Under the pieces are notes generated by a model. It did not search any database and was not told the origin of the DNA. It was given only the letters and a program-made list of their open reading frames with translations. Shown here in pieces: positions 61,995 to 64,000 of a DNA stretch of 64,000 nt; the first letter of the stretch is position 1, and the number at the start of each line of letters is the position of its first letter. The position numbers were made by a program, and so were the translations under genes. This DNA comes from Phaeosaccion multiseriatum (Eukaryota > Protista > Ochrophyta, other classes): assembly GCA_965112735.1 (NCBI GenBank), contig OZ218963.1, positions 1,488,001 through 1,552,000 on the forward strand. The letters are read 5' to 3'.

Positions 61995-63049
61995 TCAATC
62001 GCACACGGTTTGGACCATCTGCTCCAATTGCTTGAAGCGACCTCCAAAGAGCTCACTGTCCGCCCTGCGTGCATCCTCCATCAATGTCTCTCGGATGTTT
62101 CCCTCGCGGGTCGTGCTGTGCTTGACCGGATGCGAGATGTTTGTGTAGTCGAGCACTTGCAGCCTATCCAACAGCGTGGTCATGAGGTGCGACGGGAAGC
62201 TCCACAGCTCGAAGAGTCCCGTCATGGAGCTATTGAAGGCGACATTGTCTGTAATCTTGTGCATGCAATAGGCGTACATTTCGTGGGCCTTGGAGCATAT
62301 CTCGAGCGTAGAAAGCCACATGAAGCGTTCGAACGCCTCAAACCTAATCATTTCCGCCACCACCGCATCGTGCGTGCGGTTGGTATGGAGCATTCTGGTG
62401 AGATACTCAGCGTATGACTCCTCCTCTAGTGTAGGCTCGACTGATTGGCACCACCTCGCGAAGTCCTCGTTGTTCGCGTCTGGGCAGCCAGCATTCTTCG
62501 ATGGTCCGAGCTGGCCGACGCTAAAGTGCGTGGGAGGAAGAATCGCGCATTTCGTCAGTGCCTCGCCATTAATGCAATTTCTGCTATAGTTATATCTTGT
62601 CGGGAGTGGTCTCTCCGTCCAATACGCCTCCTCTCCTGCAGCGTGATAAAGGACGCCTGCGGACAGCGTAGGGCAAGGTGCAAGGTTTAGTATAGGAGGA
62701 GCACCTACCTACTAGACTTGTCCCCCCCCCCCCTTCTTCTTATGCACTCACCACTGAGGATGGCCTGGAAGGGGTCCCGGATGAAGTGGCCGACAGCGAG
62801 CGAGTCGAGATCGGAAGGAAAGTGCTGCCGCCCACATGGCCCTGACCTCCGTGGGCCCTCCCAGGTTTCAGCAACCATACGCGCCGTGCTGATAGCGTGT
62901 TTGGAGAGAACGAAGCCTGTCTTGTGATGGGCACAGACAATGGGCTCCAAGCCGACTGAGTTGTCCACAGCGGCGGACACGAGCATGATCTTCGGCACGC
63001 TCATTGCAAGCACCGCTGCGAGCATGAACGTCATCCACAGTGCCATCAT
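61995..63049 (-). CDS. Sulfotransferase-like protein with N-terminal signal/anchor, two exons (63049-62752, 62656-61995), 319 aa
   Basis: PAPS-binding-like motifs IVCAHHKTG and HFIRDPFQAILSG|VLYH are joined in frame by GT-AG intron 62751-62657; hydrophobic N-terminus. Confidence 0.72.
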
Positions 63050-63134
63050 CCCGGTTTTATTTCAACAAGGGGTACTAATTAGAAAAGAAAAGTAATCGGT
63101 GGAAAAAAATCGGTGGAAAAAAGGGGGGGGGGTA

Positions 63135-63238
63135 AAAAAAATACGCTTTATTCACAAGCGACAGCCAGGATTCGAACTCGCAATAGTCTTGTTAGAAGTC
63201 GTACTTTTGCTAGACTGATACCTCCCGACTATTCTAAC
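63135..63238. mobile_element. Diverged H2 fragment with a collapsed hairpin
   Basis: GGATTCGAACTCGC..TGTTAGAAGTCGTACTTTTGCTAG..TTCTAACA. Confidence 0.7.
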
Positions 63239-63471
63239 AGGCGGCCTAAGACTTAGGCGGGGGCCGGAGGCCCGCGGCCTAGGGCAGGAGACGCCAACTA
63301 GGCGCAGGTCCAGGGCGGGAATATGCTCATATGCCCCTGGGCTGGCCCGGAACCCGCCCGTGTCTTCCCTTTCCTTTTTTTTTTTTAACACTCGATTTCG
63401 TAAGGATCGCCCAAATCGCCCGATTTCCCCCCCAATTTTTTTTGGCACATACTCGACCCCTGACACGCTAT

Positions 63472-63696
63472 TGTAAAGAGTCACGTTCCTCTCCACCTAG
63501 GATAGGAGTAGCCGCATGGACAAGGTAACAGCAACCCCAAAGCCAGCCTGGCAGCCAGCCTTGTCTCTATTAGCTTTATCCGTGAGCCATCCTAAACGAC
63601 CAACCTGCTGGGAGGTGAGTGAGAAACGGGCCACGCACCGTTTCTCACCGTATTTGCCTGGGCCTGGGCCATTTGGCATAATACTGACTTTCAACA
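63472..63696 (-). mobile_element. Solo LTR of family E
   Basis: Near-identical to 12905-13128; TSD CTAT. Confidence 0.93.
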
Positions 63697-63809
63697 CTAT
63701 CCACTATCCGCTATAGCCGGCGCGCTAAGTAAAACGACATGCGCACGACCGACATGCGCTGTCGTGTAAAACGACGTACGCACAACCGACATGCCATCAC
63801 AAAAACGAA

Positions 63810-64000
63810 AACCCTTAAATAGGCCAAATTGGGGCTAAATTAAGGGCTTAATTAAGGATCCGATTGGCAGCTTAATTTCAGCTTATGTGGGAGACCTTTA
63901 GGCCTTAAATAAGCCCGCCTGGTTCTGCTTATTTAACACCTTATTTAAGCCCGCCTTATTTAACATCTTATTTAAGCCAGCCTAATTCAATTAATTAAAA
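63810..64000. repeat. AT-rich TTATTTAAGCCC / TTAAATAAGCCC short repeats, possibly a subterminal region of a TE running off the window
   Basis: The motif recurs in both orientations. Confidence 0.4.

Overview
Eukaryotic, GC-rich, intron-containing DNA. A stramenopile-like protist is inferred from a CryptonS-type recombinase, but this is not proven. The window is a nest of mobile elements. (1) Three chromodomain Ty3/Gypsy elements of one lineage (A1 215-6010, A2 29123-47355, C 47512-52596). All three RTs carry a non-canonical YxDN motif, and a palindrome sits where the tRNA PBS should be. (2) Two divergent copies of a very large Gypsy lineage (D 7598-18810 +, B 31969-44420 -). They combine a Tf1-like self-priming PBS, a conserved UGA-CGR plus stem-loop gag-pol readthrough signal, and a Pol with an intact DEDDy 3'-5' exonuclease between RNase H and integrase. 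This is the top candidate for an undescribed system. (3) Non-autonomous LTR relatives of D/B (E, E2) and other LTR remnants (F, G). (4) Four families of miniature elements capped by ~90-bp TG..CA palindromes, with Pol III B-boxes, flip/flop ends, a head-to-head dimer and 4-5 bp TSDs. (5) An intact spliced Crypton tyrosine recombinase with a C-terminal PHD-like finger. Host-type genes are a disrupted SelO and a spliced sulfotransferase-like gene. Several frameshifts sit in G homopolymers and may be sequencing errors. All calls were made by eye; no database searches were run.
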